Positions 19,634-28,879 of a stretch of 33,233 nt of DNA are shown here, in pieces. Positions within the stretch are counted from its first letter, which is position 1. Every line of letters starts with the position of its first letter. Under the pieces are notes generated by a model. The model was not told the origin of the DNA, made no database searches, and saw nothing but the letters and a program-made list of their open reading frames with translations. The translations under genes were made by a program, and so were the position numbers. The stretch comes from Gammaproteobacteria bacterium (lineage in GTDB: Bacteria; Pseudomonadota; Gammaproteobacteria; UBA9214): NCBI GenBank assembly GCA_030632175.1, contig DAOVVG010000002.1, positions 1 through 33,233 on the forward strand. Direction: 5' to 3'.

Positions 19634-19749
19634 ATACGCATTGAGCCAATCTGGAATCATTACAGATTACTGGCAAACGCAGGTGTTGAAAGAAATATGG
19701 ATCAACACAAGCGCTATACTATACGCAGCACCCTATTATCGAGGTTAAC

Positions 19750-20193
19750 ATGAAGTTATCAACAAAAGGTCGTCATGCCGTCACGGCAATGATTGAGTTG
19801 GCGCTACAGCATAAGTCGGGACCGGTGACACTGGCAGATATTTCAGCCCAGCAGTCCATCTCGATCTCATACCTGGAGCAACTGTTCGCACGTTTACGCC
19901 AGCACGGTCTGGTAACCGGTATGCGGGGCCCTGGCGGTGGTTATTGCCTGGCGCGTCCGTCATCCGAAATCACCATAGCCAACATTCTGGCGACCGTTGA
20001 TGATGTCAGCCGCCGCGAAGAATTGCCGCATACCCAGGGCGAAGTTCCAGCCGGCGCACAAATGTGGCTGCACCTGAGCAACCGCATTTATGACTACCTC
20101 AACAGCATTACACTGGAAGAAGCAGTGACATCCGCCAGCAGTGACACACAAGCCCCGATGTTTGACTCGGGTTTCAGTCAAACGGCAGCATAG
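19750..20193 (+). CDS. iscR: Rrf2-family regulator, IscR-like but lacking the three Fe-S ligand cysteines
   Basis: The N-terminal wHTH nearly matches E. coli IscR (KGR.AVTAM..LAL....GPV.LADIS..Q.IS.SYLEQLF.RLR..GLV...RGPGGGY), including E43. The C92/C98/C104 region is replaced by DVSRREELPHTQGEVPAGAQMWLH. Confidence 0.85.
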   Translation: MKLSTKGRHAVTAMIELALQHKSGPVTLADISAQQSISISYLEQLFARLRQHGLVTGMRGPGGGYCLARPSSEITIANILATVDDVSRREELPHTQGEVPAGAQMWLHLSNRIYDYLNSITLEEAVTSASSDTQAPMFDSGFSQTAA

Positions 20194-20235
20194 CAAATTT
20201 GAACGATAGCAAACCCCGATTGGAGGATTTGGATA

Positions 20236-20640
20236 ATGGCTTATAGCGACAAAGTACTGGATCACTACGAAAACCCGCGCAACGTCGGTTCCTTTGACAA
20301 GGAAGACAAGCAGGTGGGTACCGGTATGGTCGGTGCGCCGGCATGTGGTGATGTCATGCGACTGCAGATCAAGGTAGGTGATGACGGCATCATTGAGGAT
20401 GCAAAATTCAAGACCTACGGCTGCGGTTCAGCTATAGCTTCAAGCTCCCTGTTAACAGAATGGGTCAAGGGCAAATCACTTAATGAAGCGAAGCAGATTA
20501 AAAACACCGATATCGCAGAGGAGCTTGCATTACCCCCTGTGAAGGTACATTGCTCCGTGCTGGCTGAAGATGCCATCAAGGCTGCAATCGCAGACTACCA
20601 GGGCCACTCCGCAACAGCAGAGCAGGTAGCTGAAGCCTGA
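20236..20640 (+). CDS. iscU: Fe-S cluster assembly scaffold IscU
   Basis: MAYSDKVLDHYENPRNVGS..GAPACGDVM.LQIKV..I.DA.FKTYGCGSAIASSS..TEW..GK, then LPPVK.HCS.LAED. All three ligand Cys are present. Confidence 0.95.
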   Translation: MAYSDKVLDHYENPRNVGSFDKEDKQVGTGMVGAPACGDVMRLQIKVGDDGIIEDAKFKTYGCGSAIASSSLLTEWVKGKSLNEAKQIKNTDIAEELALPPVKVHCSVLAEDAIKAAIADYQGHSATAEQVAEA

Positions 20641-20673
20641 TACAGCCCTGATACATCAAATCGTTCTACCCTG

Positions 20674-20706
20674 AAAAAGCGGAGCCAGATGGCTCCGCTT
20701 TTTTAT
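20674..20706. terminator. Bidirectional rho-independent terminator between iscU (+) and the EAL protein gene (-)
   Basis: aaaaAGCGGAGCCagatGGCTCCGCTtttttt: a 9-bp GC-rich stem flanked by A and T runs. The stop codon of the minus-strand gene lies inside the T-tract. Confidence 0.88.
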
Positions 20707-22832
20707 GTCTCGCTCCCGCCAAAATCGAAACCCAGCGCCTCATCGGGTTCCTGCAGAAAATTTCCCTGAATATACTGCACTCCGCTTTGCCAGAGCAGTT
20801 TCAGGCAGGCTGCACTTTCAACAAAACCGGCAATAACCTCTGCATCATGCTCAATGGACTGCTGCACCACTGCTACCAGTTGCAACTGTCGCCCGTGATC
20901 TCCTTCAAGGTCCCGGATCATATCCCCGCCCAGCTTCACATACGTTGCCGGTATATGCTCGTATAACCGGGCAACATCCAGATCGCTATCACAATGCTCA
21001 ATCGAAATGGCGCAATTCAACCGGACAACCTGCCTTGAGAACGCGGCCGCCTGACGAATACCTGCGTTGATACTGGCAACACTCAGCTCGAACACCAGCT
21101 GATTGCCGGCAACGGAATTTCTTTCGAGACAGGCCTTCAGAAAAGGTATAAAACCTGTATCTGCCAGCGTACCGGGAGAAATTTTCACAAAAAAACAGGC
21201 ATTATTACCGCGCTGCCGGAGTGTTTGTACCGCCTGCCCAACAACCCAGCGATCAATCCCCTTCATCAATCCATGATCGTCGGCCAGCGAAACAAAACGT
21301 GACGGTGAAACCAATTCTTTGCTGTCATCCTGAAGCCGCAGCAGTACTTCGTATTTTTCGTCTGCACTGCCACGCAGAGAGGCAATGGGCTGAAAAACCA
21401 GTCTGAAGCGGCTGTTTTCAACCGCATCTTCCAGCAAAGACAACAACTGCTGCTGCTCCTGGTTTTTCTTGTAACTACCAACCGCCTCCAGCACCCGCAC
21501 ATTGACATGACAACTGACATCCAGTCGCGCCTCGTCACACGCCTGGTGCGCAAGAAAATACAGTGGCATACCGCTATCAAGCGTATGGTGAGTCATGGCA
21601 ACACCGACATTGCACCCAATCGTAACTGAGCAGTTCTCCACATCAAAAATGCGTGAAGACAGGGAATGCCCCAGGAAGTCACCCAGCTGGCGGACTTCAT
21701 CATCACTCCTGCCGGTAACCAGGCAGCCAAACGTGTAATCACCTGCCCGGGCCACGAGCTCAGCCGGACCCACAAGCGCTGCCAGTTGACTCGCAAGCAT
21801 CTTCATCAGGTGATTGATTGATTGTGGAGATAACTGCGGATGCTGCTGATGGATATTTTCGGTCTCTATCATCAACAAGGCTGCCACCCGTTGCGGATTG
21901 TTGCCCACCACGATACGGCGTTCAAGCCGCTGCAGGAAAACCTGCTGATTCATTAATTCAGTGACGACATCACAGGTCTGCAGGCGTCTGATGCGATTCC
22001 TGCGGACCCGGGCTGACTCTGCCAGCCGGTCAATCCTGTCTACCAGTTCATCACGACTGATTGACCCCGGGCAGATCGCTTCACTGGCATGATCCGTAGA
22101 GACATCAGTAATACTGGCGTTGTCAGCAACCAGGTAAATGACCGGCAGATCCGCGTATTCGGCAAGCTGGTGAAACATTCGTCCAAGCTGATCCCCGCGA
22201 CAATACGACAGTTCCTGTTCAATCATTAACAGATCCGGCGCATGATTTATTACCGTCAATAATGCCTGGGATACATTCTCGATCTGTTTTACCATCACCC
22301 CCTGCTGTTGCAGTGCGGGAACCTCTTCCGACAGCAATCCCGGCGACTCGCCTATCAGCAGAATCCGATAGCCGTGAGTAACTGCCAGCAGTGCCGGTTC
22401 CAGATGCAACATCAACATTGGAGGTGTCACCGGCTTTAACAGAAAACAGTCGCCACCGGCACGTACCGCGCGCAGCCTTATTTCCTGGTCTGCACGCTCG
22501 GAAAGGAAAATGAGCCTTGGGGGCGCAGCGAGACCGGCCATGAGCCGGCCGACGGCATCAATACAGGTGATTTCAGAATCACCCGGCGACAAATCAACAA
22601 TCAGGGCAGCAGCGCGACCGCCTCCCGCCATCTTCTCGAACCGGGTAATATCGGTAGCCTGATCCACGGACAGGCCAGCCTGTTCCAGCCAGCGGCACTG
22701 TTCATCCGCCACGGGGCCGGCACCCAGATATACAACTGCCTGTTTGCTTGAATCCATGGACTCCATGGTTACCAGTGATCGTGATACTGCTGCCTGCTCT
22801 CCTGCAACACCAGTATAATCAAATAATGACAT
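20703..22832 (-). CDS. Signalling protein with two receiver-like domains, a degenerate GGDEF and a degenerate EAL. Probably a c-di-GMP receptor rather than an enzyme.
   Basis: GGDEF position reads RAGDYTF. The EAL domain keeps FQPI..EVLLR and QG, but NxS is KIS, EITE is ELSV, DDFG is EHCD, KID is KLG and EGVE is GFVE. The second receiver-like domain has E where the phospho-Asp is expected (DLLMIEQE). The start codon is uncertain. Confidence 0.8.
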   Translation of the reverse strand: MSLFDYTGVAGEQAAVSRSLVTMESMDSSKQAVVYLGAGPVADEQCRWLEQAGLSVDQATDITRFEKMAGGGRAAALIVDLSPGDSEITCIDAVGRLMAGLAAPPRLIFLSERADQEIRLRAVRAGGDCFLLKPVTPPMLMLHLEPALLAVTHGYRILLIGESPGLLSEEVPALQQQGVMVKQIENVSQALLTVINHAPDLLMIEQELSYCRGDQLGRMFHQLAEYADLPVIYLVADNASITDVSTDHASEAICPGSISRDELVDRIDRLAESARVRRNRIRRLQTCDVVTELMNQQVFLQRLERRIVVGNNPQRVAALLMIETENIHQQHPQLSPQSINHLMKMLASQLAALVGPAELVARAGDYTFGCLVTGRSDDEVRQLGDFLGHSLSSRIFDVENCSVTIGCNVGVAMTHHTLDSGMPLYFLAHQACDEARLDVSCHVNVRVLEAVGSYKKNQEQQQLLSLLEDAVENSRFRLVFQPIASLRGSADEKYEVLLRLQDDSKELVSPSRFVSLADDHGLMKGIDRWVVGQAVQTLRQRGNNACFFVKISPGTLADTGFIPFLKACLERNSVAGNQLVFELSVASINAGIRQAAAFSRQVVRLNCAISIEHCDSDLDVARLYEHIPATYVKLGGDMIRDLEGDHGRQLQLVAVVQQSIEHDAEVIAGFVESAACLKLLWQSGVQYIQGNFLQEPDEALGFDFGGSET

Positions 22833-22938
22833 TCAGCGAACTATCAATCTGAAATCCGGCAGCCACGCCTGCCAGACACCACTTCTCTTCTGAACCAACC
22901 CTGGAGCCACGCTGATATACTGCCCGCCAACAGGAATC

Positions 22939-23778
22939 ATGAGCATGCAAAAAACGATAACCCGACTTTATCCATTACCGGGAGAGCAATGTCCGCTGGA
23001 AGGGCTGTACCTGCAGCATCAGCTACACACCAGGGGGCAGGCAGACCGTCCTTTCGTATACAGTAATTTCATCACATCGCTGGATGGCCGCATTGCAATC
23101 CGGACCAGCGACCATGCCACACACACCGTACCGTCGTCGATAGGTAACCCGCGCGACTGGCGGCTTTACCAGGAACTGGCCGGGCAGGCCGACCTGCTGA
23201 TAACCAGTGGCCGTTTCTACCGGCAAAGCATCATGGGTGAAGCCCAGGATATCCTGCCGGTAGACAACAAACCGGCATTTGCGGATATCAGCGAGTGGCG
23301 CCACAAACAGGGACTGCGGTCACAGCCTGACATCGCCATCATCAGCGGCAGCCTGGATATTCCGTTGCCTGCACTGGAAGGCTACCTCGATCGCAGGATA
23401 CTGGTTATCACCGGCGCTGAAGCTGACCGGGAAAAAGTCAAAGACCTGCAGCACCACGGTATCGAAGTCATCCATGCCGGTAATGGCAAACAGGTTGACG
23501 GCCGCCTGATGATTCCCGAGCTTGCAACACGCGGTTATCGAAGTATCTATGCTATTGCCGGTCCGGCAGTTTTTTACACCTTGTTGAAGGCACGCGTTGT
23601 CGATCGACTCTATCTGACCATCGCGCAGCAACTGCTTGGCGGGGATGTTATTGACACACTGACCAGCGGACCGTTACTTGCGCCCGCACAGGGGATGCAA
23701 CTGGTCCAGCTGTATCATGACGCCCACGCACCCGCCAACGCCGGTCAGCTGCTTGGCTGTTTTGAACCTGCCGGTTAA
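22939..23778 (+). CDS. RibD C-terminal-domain (pyrimidine reductase / DHFR-like) family protein
   Basis: PFVYSNFITSLDGRIAI.., then ..LLITSGRFYR.. and ..SIYAIAGPAVFYTLL, typical of the RibD_C fold. No deaminase domain. Confidence 0.7.
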   Translation: MSMQKTITRLYPLPGEQCPLEGLYLQHQLHTRGQADRPFVYSNFITSLDGRIAIRTSDHATHTVPSSIGNPRDWRLYQELAGQADLLITSGRFYRQSIMGEAQDILPVDNKPAFADISEWRHKQGLRSQPDIAIISGSLDIPLPALEGYLDRRILVITGAEADREKVKDLQHHGIEVIHAGNGKQVDGRLMIPELATRGYRSIYAIAGPAVFYTLLKARVVDRLYLTIAQQLLGGDVIDTLTSGPLLAPAQGMQLVQLYHDAHAPANAGQLLGCFEPAG

Positions 23779-23788
23779 CCGGCAAACC

Positions 23789-24220
23789 CTATCCCCTGCC
23801 TTCCTGATCAATACAGGCATTAACCTTGCGGCGTATAGTCGTGATCGGGATCGCTTCACCCTGGTTAATACCCTCACAACGCCGTGCCTCGCTGAGCCAG
23901 GCCCTGGCATTGCCGGCCAGTTCCGGCCAAAAGGGATAGGTCCGGCATTGCAGTGGTCGGACCGGATAAACCCGGCAGTGTCCCTTGTCGTCCAGAAAAA
24001 TACAGCGGTTATCATCCCCTGAGGCAAGCACCAGCTCTCCGTCTTCCAGGCGCTTCAGATAACGTCTGCGGAACCAGCTGCGAGACAATTGCAAGTGACT
24101 GCAAATCTGCTCCGACTCTGACTCCGTCAGGAACACGTAATAATCGCCACCCGTCATACAACACTTCCCACATTGCGTGCAGGAAAAACGTAACGGATAT
24201 TTCTCAAAAAATGGCAGCAC
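23789..24220 (-). CDS. YkgJ-family (UPF0153) cysteine-cluster protein
   Basis: CTQCGKCC near the N-terminus and the C-terminal C..Y..RP..CR.YPF motif. GTG start preceded by GGAGGAG. Confidence 0.75.
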   Translation of the reverse strand: MLPFFEKYPLRFSCTQCGKCCMTGGDYYVFLTESESEQICSHLQLSRSWFRRRYLKRLEDGELVLASGDDNRCIFLDDKGHCRVYPVRPLQCRTYPFWPELAGNARAWLSEARRCEGINQGEAIPITTIRRKVNACIDQEGRG

Positions 24221-24264
24221 CTGGTACTCCTCCGGATTGAAACACTATTATAATAGCCTGAGTC

Positions 24265-24804
24265 GTGTACCGGGAGATTCCATTGCCACACACCAGCAAG
24301 TTGATTTACCAGGGTCGGGTACTGCAGCTCGGCATTGACTCTCTGACCCTGCCCAACGGCAAAGCCGTAGAACTCGAGGTGCTACGCCACCCCGGAGGAG
24401 CAGCCATTGTTGCGCTGAACCGGCAGGACCAGGTATGCCTGCTGCGCCAGTACCGACATGCGGCCGGCGGCTGGTTATGGGAACTACCCGCCGGCAAACT
24501 GGAAGCCGACGAGAGCCCGCAAGCCACTGCAGAGCGTGAACTGGTTGAAGAGGCGGGACTGGAAGCCGGCCGCTGGGATACCCTGGGGAAAGTTATCGTC
24601 AGCCCGGGATTCTGCGATGAAATTATTCACCTGTACCTGGCGCGTGACCTGACCGTGGTACCCGCCCAACCGGAAGAAGATGAACTCTTCGAGGTACACT
24701 GGATAGCCCTTGAGCAGGCGCTGGAGCAGGTATATGACGGTACCTTGCTTGACGCCAAGACCATGCTGGGTCTGACCATGGCGGCAAAACATATGCAGGA
24801 ATAA
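24265..24804 (+). CDS. nudF: ADP-ribose pyrophosphatase (Nudix hydrolase)
   Basis: Nudix box GKLEADESPQATAERELVEEAGL. Collinear with B. subtilis NudF (PNGK....E...HPGA.A..A........RQ.R......E.PAGK.....SPGF.DE..H..LA). The start may instead be the TTG at 24283, downstream of GGGAG. Confidence 0.8.
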   Translation: MYREIPLPHTSKLIYQGRVLQLGIDSLTLPNGKAVELEVLRHPGGAAIVALNRQDQVCLLRQYRHAAGGWLWELPAGKLEADESPQATAERELVEEAGLEAGRWDTLGKVIVSPGFCDEIIHLYLARDLTVVPAQPEEDELFEVHWIALEQALEQVYDGTLLDAKTMLGLTMAAKHMQE

Positions 24805-24830
24805 AAAAACCGGCCGAAGCCGGTTCTTTA
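24803..24830. terminator. Bidirectional terminator between nudF (+) and the lipoprotein gene (-)
   Basis: aaaaaaAACCGGCcgaaGCCGGTTcttta. The T-run is strong on the minus strand and weaker on the plus strand. Confidence 0.75.
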
Positions 24831-24848
24831 TAGAGCGGTCACTGTAGC

Positions 24849-25820
24849 TTACAAAGGCGCTACGACAGGGGCCTCAAAGTTATGCTCGGTACCACCGGAC
24901 AGTGCTTCAACCGTTGCCTCACCGATGAAGGTCACCGTATCGTCAACATCTGCCAGGTCATCCTCACACAGTAATGCTACCGTGTAGGTACCGGGATAAA
25001 GATACCCGGTTCGATAATCATAGAGACTGGTACCCAGATCCAACTCAACGCCGGTGGTTGTCAACGGCCGGTCAGCAACCGGACAGGTTGCGACGTCATC
25101 AAGTACGCAATTGTCATCCGGCTCAATAGCGGCAGCATCACCTTCATAGACATAAACTGAACACGCATCTGGAAGGTCCGGGTCTGTCAGCACCGCGTCA
25201 ACCGTACCAAAAATAAAGGCGCTGGCCACATCCGTATCAATAATTCTCAATGTCGGACGCAGCTTGAACTGGTAATCCTCATACGGTGTATTGTTCGGCT
25301 GTTTCAGCGTGATGGATTTGCCGAGATCAAAATCAATGGTGAAGGCCACCACGCCCTTGGCATCAATCTCAAAGCTTCTGTTCAGCTTCAGATGACTTTC
25401 ATCACAGCTGGAACAATCCAGCAGCAGTTGCGCACCACCCACATCCTCAACAACGTAGGTATTTTCCGGATCAATGACCAGTCGAATCCAGCTATAGCCA
25501 CCGGCAGGCAGAGGATACTCATCAATCAGCCTGACGCTATTGCCCTCCCCCAGTGATTTCAGGTCAATGGTCATGCCATCACCGACTGCATCCCTTACGT
25601 CGACAACGATATCTTCACTGCCATCTGACGGATGAATAATGACATCAGTAAACGTCACCATTACCTCGTAGAGGTCATCAACCGGCGCATCAGTCAGGCC
25701 GAGGGACAGTGAGCCGCCACCCGCCGAAGACCCGCCACCACCACTGCCACATGCCGTCAGCAACAGACTCAGTATGGAAACAAAAGTAAAATGCTTAATT
25801 CCGGACCTGTTTATTCTCAT
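24849..25820 (-). CDS. Lipoprotein, DUF4382-like
   Basis: Lipobox LLTAC followed by a Gly/Ser linker, then LSLGLTDAPVDD..V.VTF..V.IH, which I recall as the DUF4382 signature. The start is placed at the ATG at 25820, with AAGGTG 6 nt upstream. The ORF track starts at the GTG at 25829. Confidence 0.7.
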   Translation of the reverse strand: MRINRSGIKHFTFVSILSLLLTACGSGGGGSSAGGGSLSLGLTDAPVDDLYEVMVTFTDVIIHPSDGSEDIVVDVRDAVGDGMTIDLKSLGEGNSVRLIDEYPLPAGGYSWIRLVIDPENTYVVEDVGGAQLLLDCSSCDESHLKLNRSFEIDAKGVVAFTIDFDLGKSITLKQPNNTPYEDYQFKLRPTLRIIDTDVASAFIFGTVDAVLTDPDLPDACSVYVYEGDAAAIEPDDNCVLDDVATCPVADRPLTTTGVELDLGTSLYDYRTGYLYPGTYTVALLCEDDLADVDDTVTFIGEATVEALSGGTEHNFEAPVVAPL

Positions 25821-26016
25821 CGTAGTCACCTTTCCCGGGATATCGGGATCAAAAGTAAAACATGTGCAAGATCGCTATCTTCACCCGTTGCAGCAGACAA
25901 AAATGTGATCCTGTACTCAACTATCTGTCATATAACCATATTGTCCCGTGTGCGTGGCATTTACTATTGTCTTTAAGTACTATTCAGGACAACTCATTAA
26001 TCCTCTCAAGAATCAG

Positions 26017-26565
26017 ATGATCTATTGCAGCAATTGTGGCACCCGGGTTATCGAGAAGGTCCCTGCAGGCGATAATCGCCAACGCTATGTTTGCGATGCC
26101 TGCGACACCATCCATTACCAGAACCCGAAAATTGTGGCCGGCTGCGTTCCTGTCTGGGATAACCGTTTATTGTTGTGCCGACGCGCCATCGAACCCCGTT
26201 ACGGCTTGTGGACCCTGCCCGCGGGTTTTATGGAGAACGGGGAGTCGACCGAACAGGCTGCCGCCCGTGAGACACAGGAAGAAGCAGGGGCCATTGTTAA
26301 AGACATGGCGCTATACGGCGTATTCAGCATTCCGAAAATCAACCAGGTCTACATGATGTTCCGCGCGCAACTGGCTGCAGATGAATATCACGCAGGCACC
26401 GAAAGCCTGGATGTCAGGCTGTTTGACGAGCATGAAATACCCTGGGATGAACTTGCCTTCCCGGTCGTCAAACTTACGCTTGAGCGCTATTATAAAGACA
26501 CCAGGAGCAGCCACTTCCCTGTACACGTTGAAAATATCATTCGTCATCCGGCCCGCAAGGGATAA
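26017..26565 (+). CDS. Nudix hydrolase with N-terminal zinc ribbon
   Basis: CSNCG...17 aa...CDAC zinc ribbon, then Nudix box GFMENGESTEQAAARETQEEAGA. The start is placed at MIYCSNCG. The ORF track's GTG at 25948 adds 23 unconserved-looking residues. Confidence 0.8.
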   Translation: MIYCSNCGTRVIEKVPAGDNRQRYVCDACDTIHYQNPKIVAGCVPVWDNRLLLCRRAIEPRYGLWTLPAGFMENGESTEQAAARETQEEAGAIVKDMALYGVFSIPKINQVYMMFRAQLAADEYHAGTESLDVRLFDEHEIPWDELAFPVVKLTLERYYKDTRSSHFPVHVENIIRHPARKG

Positions 26566-26591
26566 CACAACCGCCAAGCCCGGAGAATCAC

Positions 26592-27164
26592 ATGCATAAA
26601 CCAGCCAGCATTCTGTTGTTCTGCCTTTTTATATTCAGCACACCGGTTACCGCGAAGGAAATTGAGGATGTTGTTATTCCGGACACCCTGGCATTTAACA
26701 ACAGTGATACCACCCTGGTTCTGAACGGTGCCGGTATTCGCGAGAAGTTCTTTCTCGATATTTACATCGGCGCACTCTATTTGCAGGCAACAACACCGGA
26801 TGCAAATGCCATACTCAGCGACACCGGTCCTGCCAGCGTCCTCATGCATATACTTTATGGTGAAGTCAGCAAACAAAAAATTACCGATGGCTGGAACGAT
26901 GGCCTGGAGGCCAATCTTTCAGACGCAAAATTGCAGGCGATCAGGCCAAAACTGAAAAAATTCAACAGCCTGTTCCAGACCTTGCGCAAGGGTGACGTAC
27001 TGAGAATTGACTACATACCGGAGACAGGTACAGAGGTCCGTATAAATGGTGAATGGCGCGGCGCTGTCGAAGGCAATGACTTCTACCGCTCCCTGCTGAA
27101 AATCTGGATCGGCTCACACCCCGTCAGCAAGTCACTGAAACAGGGAATGCTGGGAAACGACTGA
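26592..27164 (+). CDS. Chalcone-isomerase-like family protein, secreted
   Basis: Signal peptide, then L.LNGAGIREKFFLDIYIGALYL, typical of bacterial Chalcone_3-type proteins. GGAG SD. Confidence 0.7.
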   Translation: MHKPASILLFCLFIFSTPVTAKEIEDVVIPDTLAFNNSDTTLVLNGAGIREKFFLDIYIGALYLQATTPDANAILSDTGPASVLMHILYGEVSKQKITDGWNDGLEANLSDAKLQAIRPKLKKFNSLFQTLRKGDVLRIDYIPETGTEVRINGEWRGAVEGNDFYRSLLKIWIGSHPVSKSLKQGMLGND

Positions 27165-27182
27165 CGTTCACAGCCAGATCCG

Positions 27183-28154
27183 ATGCGCGGCGTCTTTCTT
27201 GATATCAACACCGTTGGGCCAAACGACCTTGATCTCCAACCGCTGACTGCAACACTGGATGACTGGTCTTTGCTCGAACAACCCGGCACCGAACCGCTGC
27301 AGACACTCGTCAACGGGGCTGAAGTGGTCGTTACCAACAAGGTACCCCTGGACGGGGACGTCCTGCGCGCCACCGAATCCCTGCGCCTGATCTGCGTCGC
27401 CGCGACCGGTACCAATAACATCGATCTGGCCAGCGCCGCAGAGCGTGACATTACCGTTTGCAACGTACGCGCCTATGCCACCACCTCGGTGGTGGAACAT
27501 GTTTTTTCCATGATGCTCACCCTCAGCCGCCATCACCAACAATACCGACAGGCGGTAACCAGGGGCGACTGGGGCCGTGCAGAAGCATTTTGCCTGCTTG
27601 ATTACCCCATCAGGGAACTTGCCGGACAAACACTGGGTATTGTCGGTTACGGCGAGCTGGGCAAGGCGGTCGCACAAATGGGCAAGGCTTTCGGCATGAA
27701 AATACTGATCGCTCAACGCCCCGGTACAGAGGGCAAACCGTCAGCCAGATGCACACCGTTGAAGCGGCTGCTGGCTGAATCAGACATTGTCAGCCTGCAC
27801 TGCCCGCTTGTCGAAGCCACACACAATCTCATCGACCGGCACGAACTTGAGCAGATGCGTACCAATGCCCTGCTGATTAACACGGCCCGCGGCGGGATCG
27901 TAAACGAAGCTGCCCTTGCCAGCGCACTGCTCGCCGGTGAGATCGCCGGCGCAGCCATTGACGTCTTGAGCGAAGAACCGCCCCGTAACGGCAACCCGTT
28001 GCTGGACACCTCCATTCCCAACCTGATTGTCACCCCGCACATTGCATGGGCCGCAGTTAGCGCCCGGCAAACACTTGTCAATGAACTGGCTGCCAACATC
28101 AAAGCCTTTCTGAATGGCAGACCACGCAATGTAGTGGCCGGGCCATGCCACTAA
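27183..28154 (+). CDS. D-isomer-specific 2-hydroxyacid dehydrogenase (glycerate dehydrogenase-like)
   Basis: NAD fold GIVGYGELGKAVA. Catalytic-region motifs INTARGGIVNE and TPHIAWA. 323 aa. Confidence 0.88.
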   Translation: MRGVFLDINTVGPNDLDLQPLTATLDDWSLLEQPGTEPLQTLVNGAEVVVTNKVPLDGDVLRATESLRLICVAATGTNNIDLASAAERDITVCNVRAYATTSVVEHVFSMMLTLSRHHQQYRQAVTRGDWGRAEAFCLLDYPIRELAGQTLGIVGYGELGKAVAQMGKAFGMKILIAQRPGTEGKPSARCTPLKRLLAESDIVSLHCPLVEATHNLIDRHELEQMRTNALLINTARGGIVNEAALASALLAGEIAGAAIDVLSEEPPRNGNPLLDTSIPNLIVTPHIAWAAVSARQTLVNELAANIKAFLNGRPRNVVAGPCH

Positions 28155-28879
28155 CAGCACGCGATATACAACAAAATCTCGACGCTGTCCGGAAGCGGAT
28201 GCAAGAGGCTGCCAGGCAATCGGGACGCACAGCCAATGAGATACGCCTGATAGCCATCTCCAAATACATGCCAACCGACTATGTGCTTGCCGCAATGTCT
28301 GCGGGACAACACTGTTTTGGAGAAAACACCGTGCAGGAGGCCCTCTCAAAACAGGACCTGATTGATAACCCGGACAATGAATGGCACTTTGTCGGGCATT
28401 TGCAAAGCAACAAGGCAAAAATGATAGCGGGCAACTTTGACTGGCTGCACACGCTTGACAGTCTCAGGCTTGCGTCCCGACTCTCCGAAAACGCAATCAA
28501 CGCCGCGCAAACCCTGGATGTACTGCTACAGGTCAACATTGCCGATGATCCTGACAAATTTGGTCTGCCTGCGTCCGCCGTACCGCGGTTTATTGATGAC
28601 ATCCTGGATGCCGGCCTCGCCGGCATTCGGCTACGCGGACTGATGACCATCGGCCAACGGGATGCCACGCCGGATGAGCGCCGGGCGGATTTTTCCGCCC
28701 TCCGCGAACTGCGCGACGCCTGTATGGCGCGTTTTGAGTTACCCCGGTTCAGCGAACTATCCATGGGGATGAGCGGGGATTTTGAAGCCGCCATTAGCGA
28801 AGGTGCCACCATGATACGGGTAGGCAGCGCGCTCTTCGGACCGCGCCCCGCCCCCAATCCCGCATCCTCAGATAATTAA
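28145..28879 (+). CDS. yggS: YggS-family pyridoxal-phosphate homeostasis protein
   Basis: LIAISKY (PLP Lys), FGEN.VQE, WHFVGHLQSNK, LSMGMSGDF..AI..GAT.IRVGSA.FG. Overlaps the upstream gene by 10 nt. Confidence 0.92.
   Translation: MPLTARDIQQNLDAVRKRMQEAARQSGRTANEIRLIAISKYMPTDYVLAAMSAGQHCFGENTVQEALSKQDLIDNPDNEWHFVGHLQSNKAKMIAGNFDWLHTLDSLRLASRLSENAINAAQTLDVLLQVNIADDPDKFGLPASAVPRFIDDILDAGLAGIRLRGLMTIGQRDATPDERRADFSALRELRDACMARFELPRFSELSMGMSGDFEAAISEGATMIRVGSALFGPRPAPNPASSDN

Noticed and set aside
24241-24256. TATAAT hexamer at 24249-24254 upstream of nudF, considered as a promoter
   Set aside because: There is no acceptable -35 at 16-19 nt spacing, and the hexamer lies only about 10 nt from the GTG start. 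It is not supportable as a promoter call.
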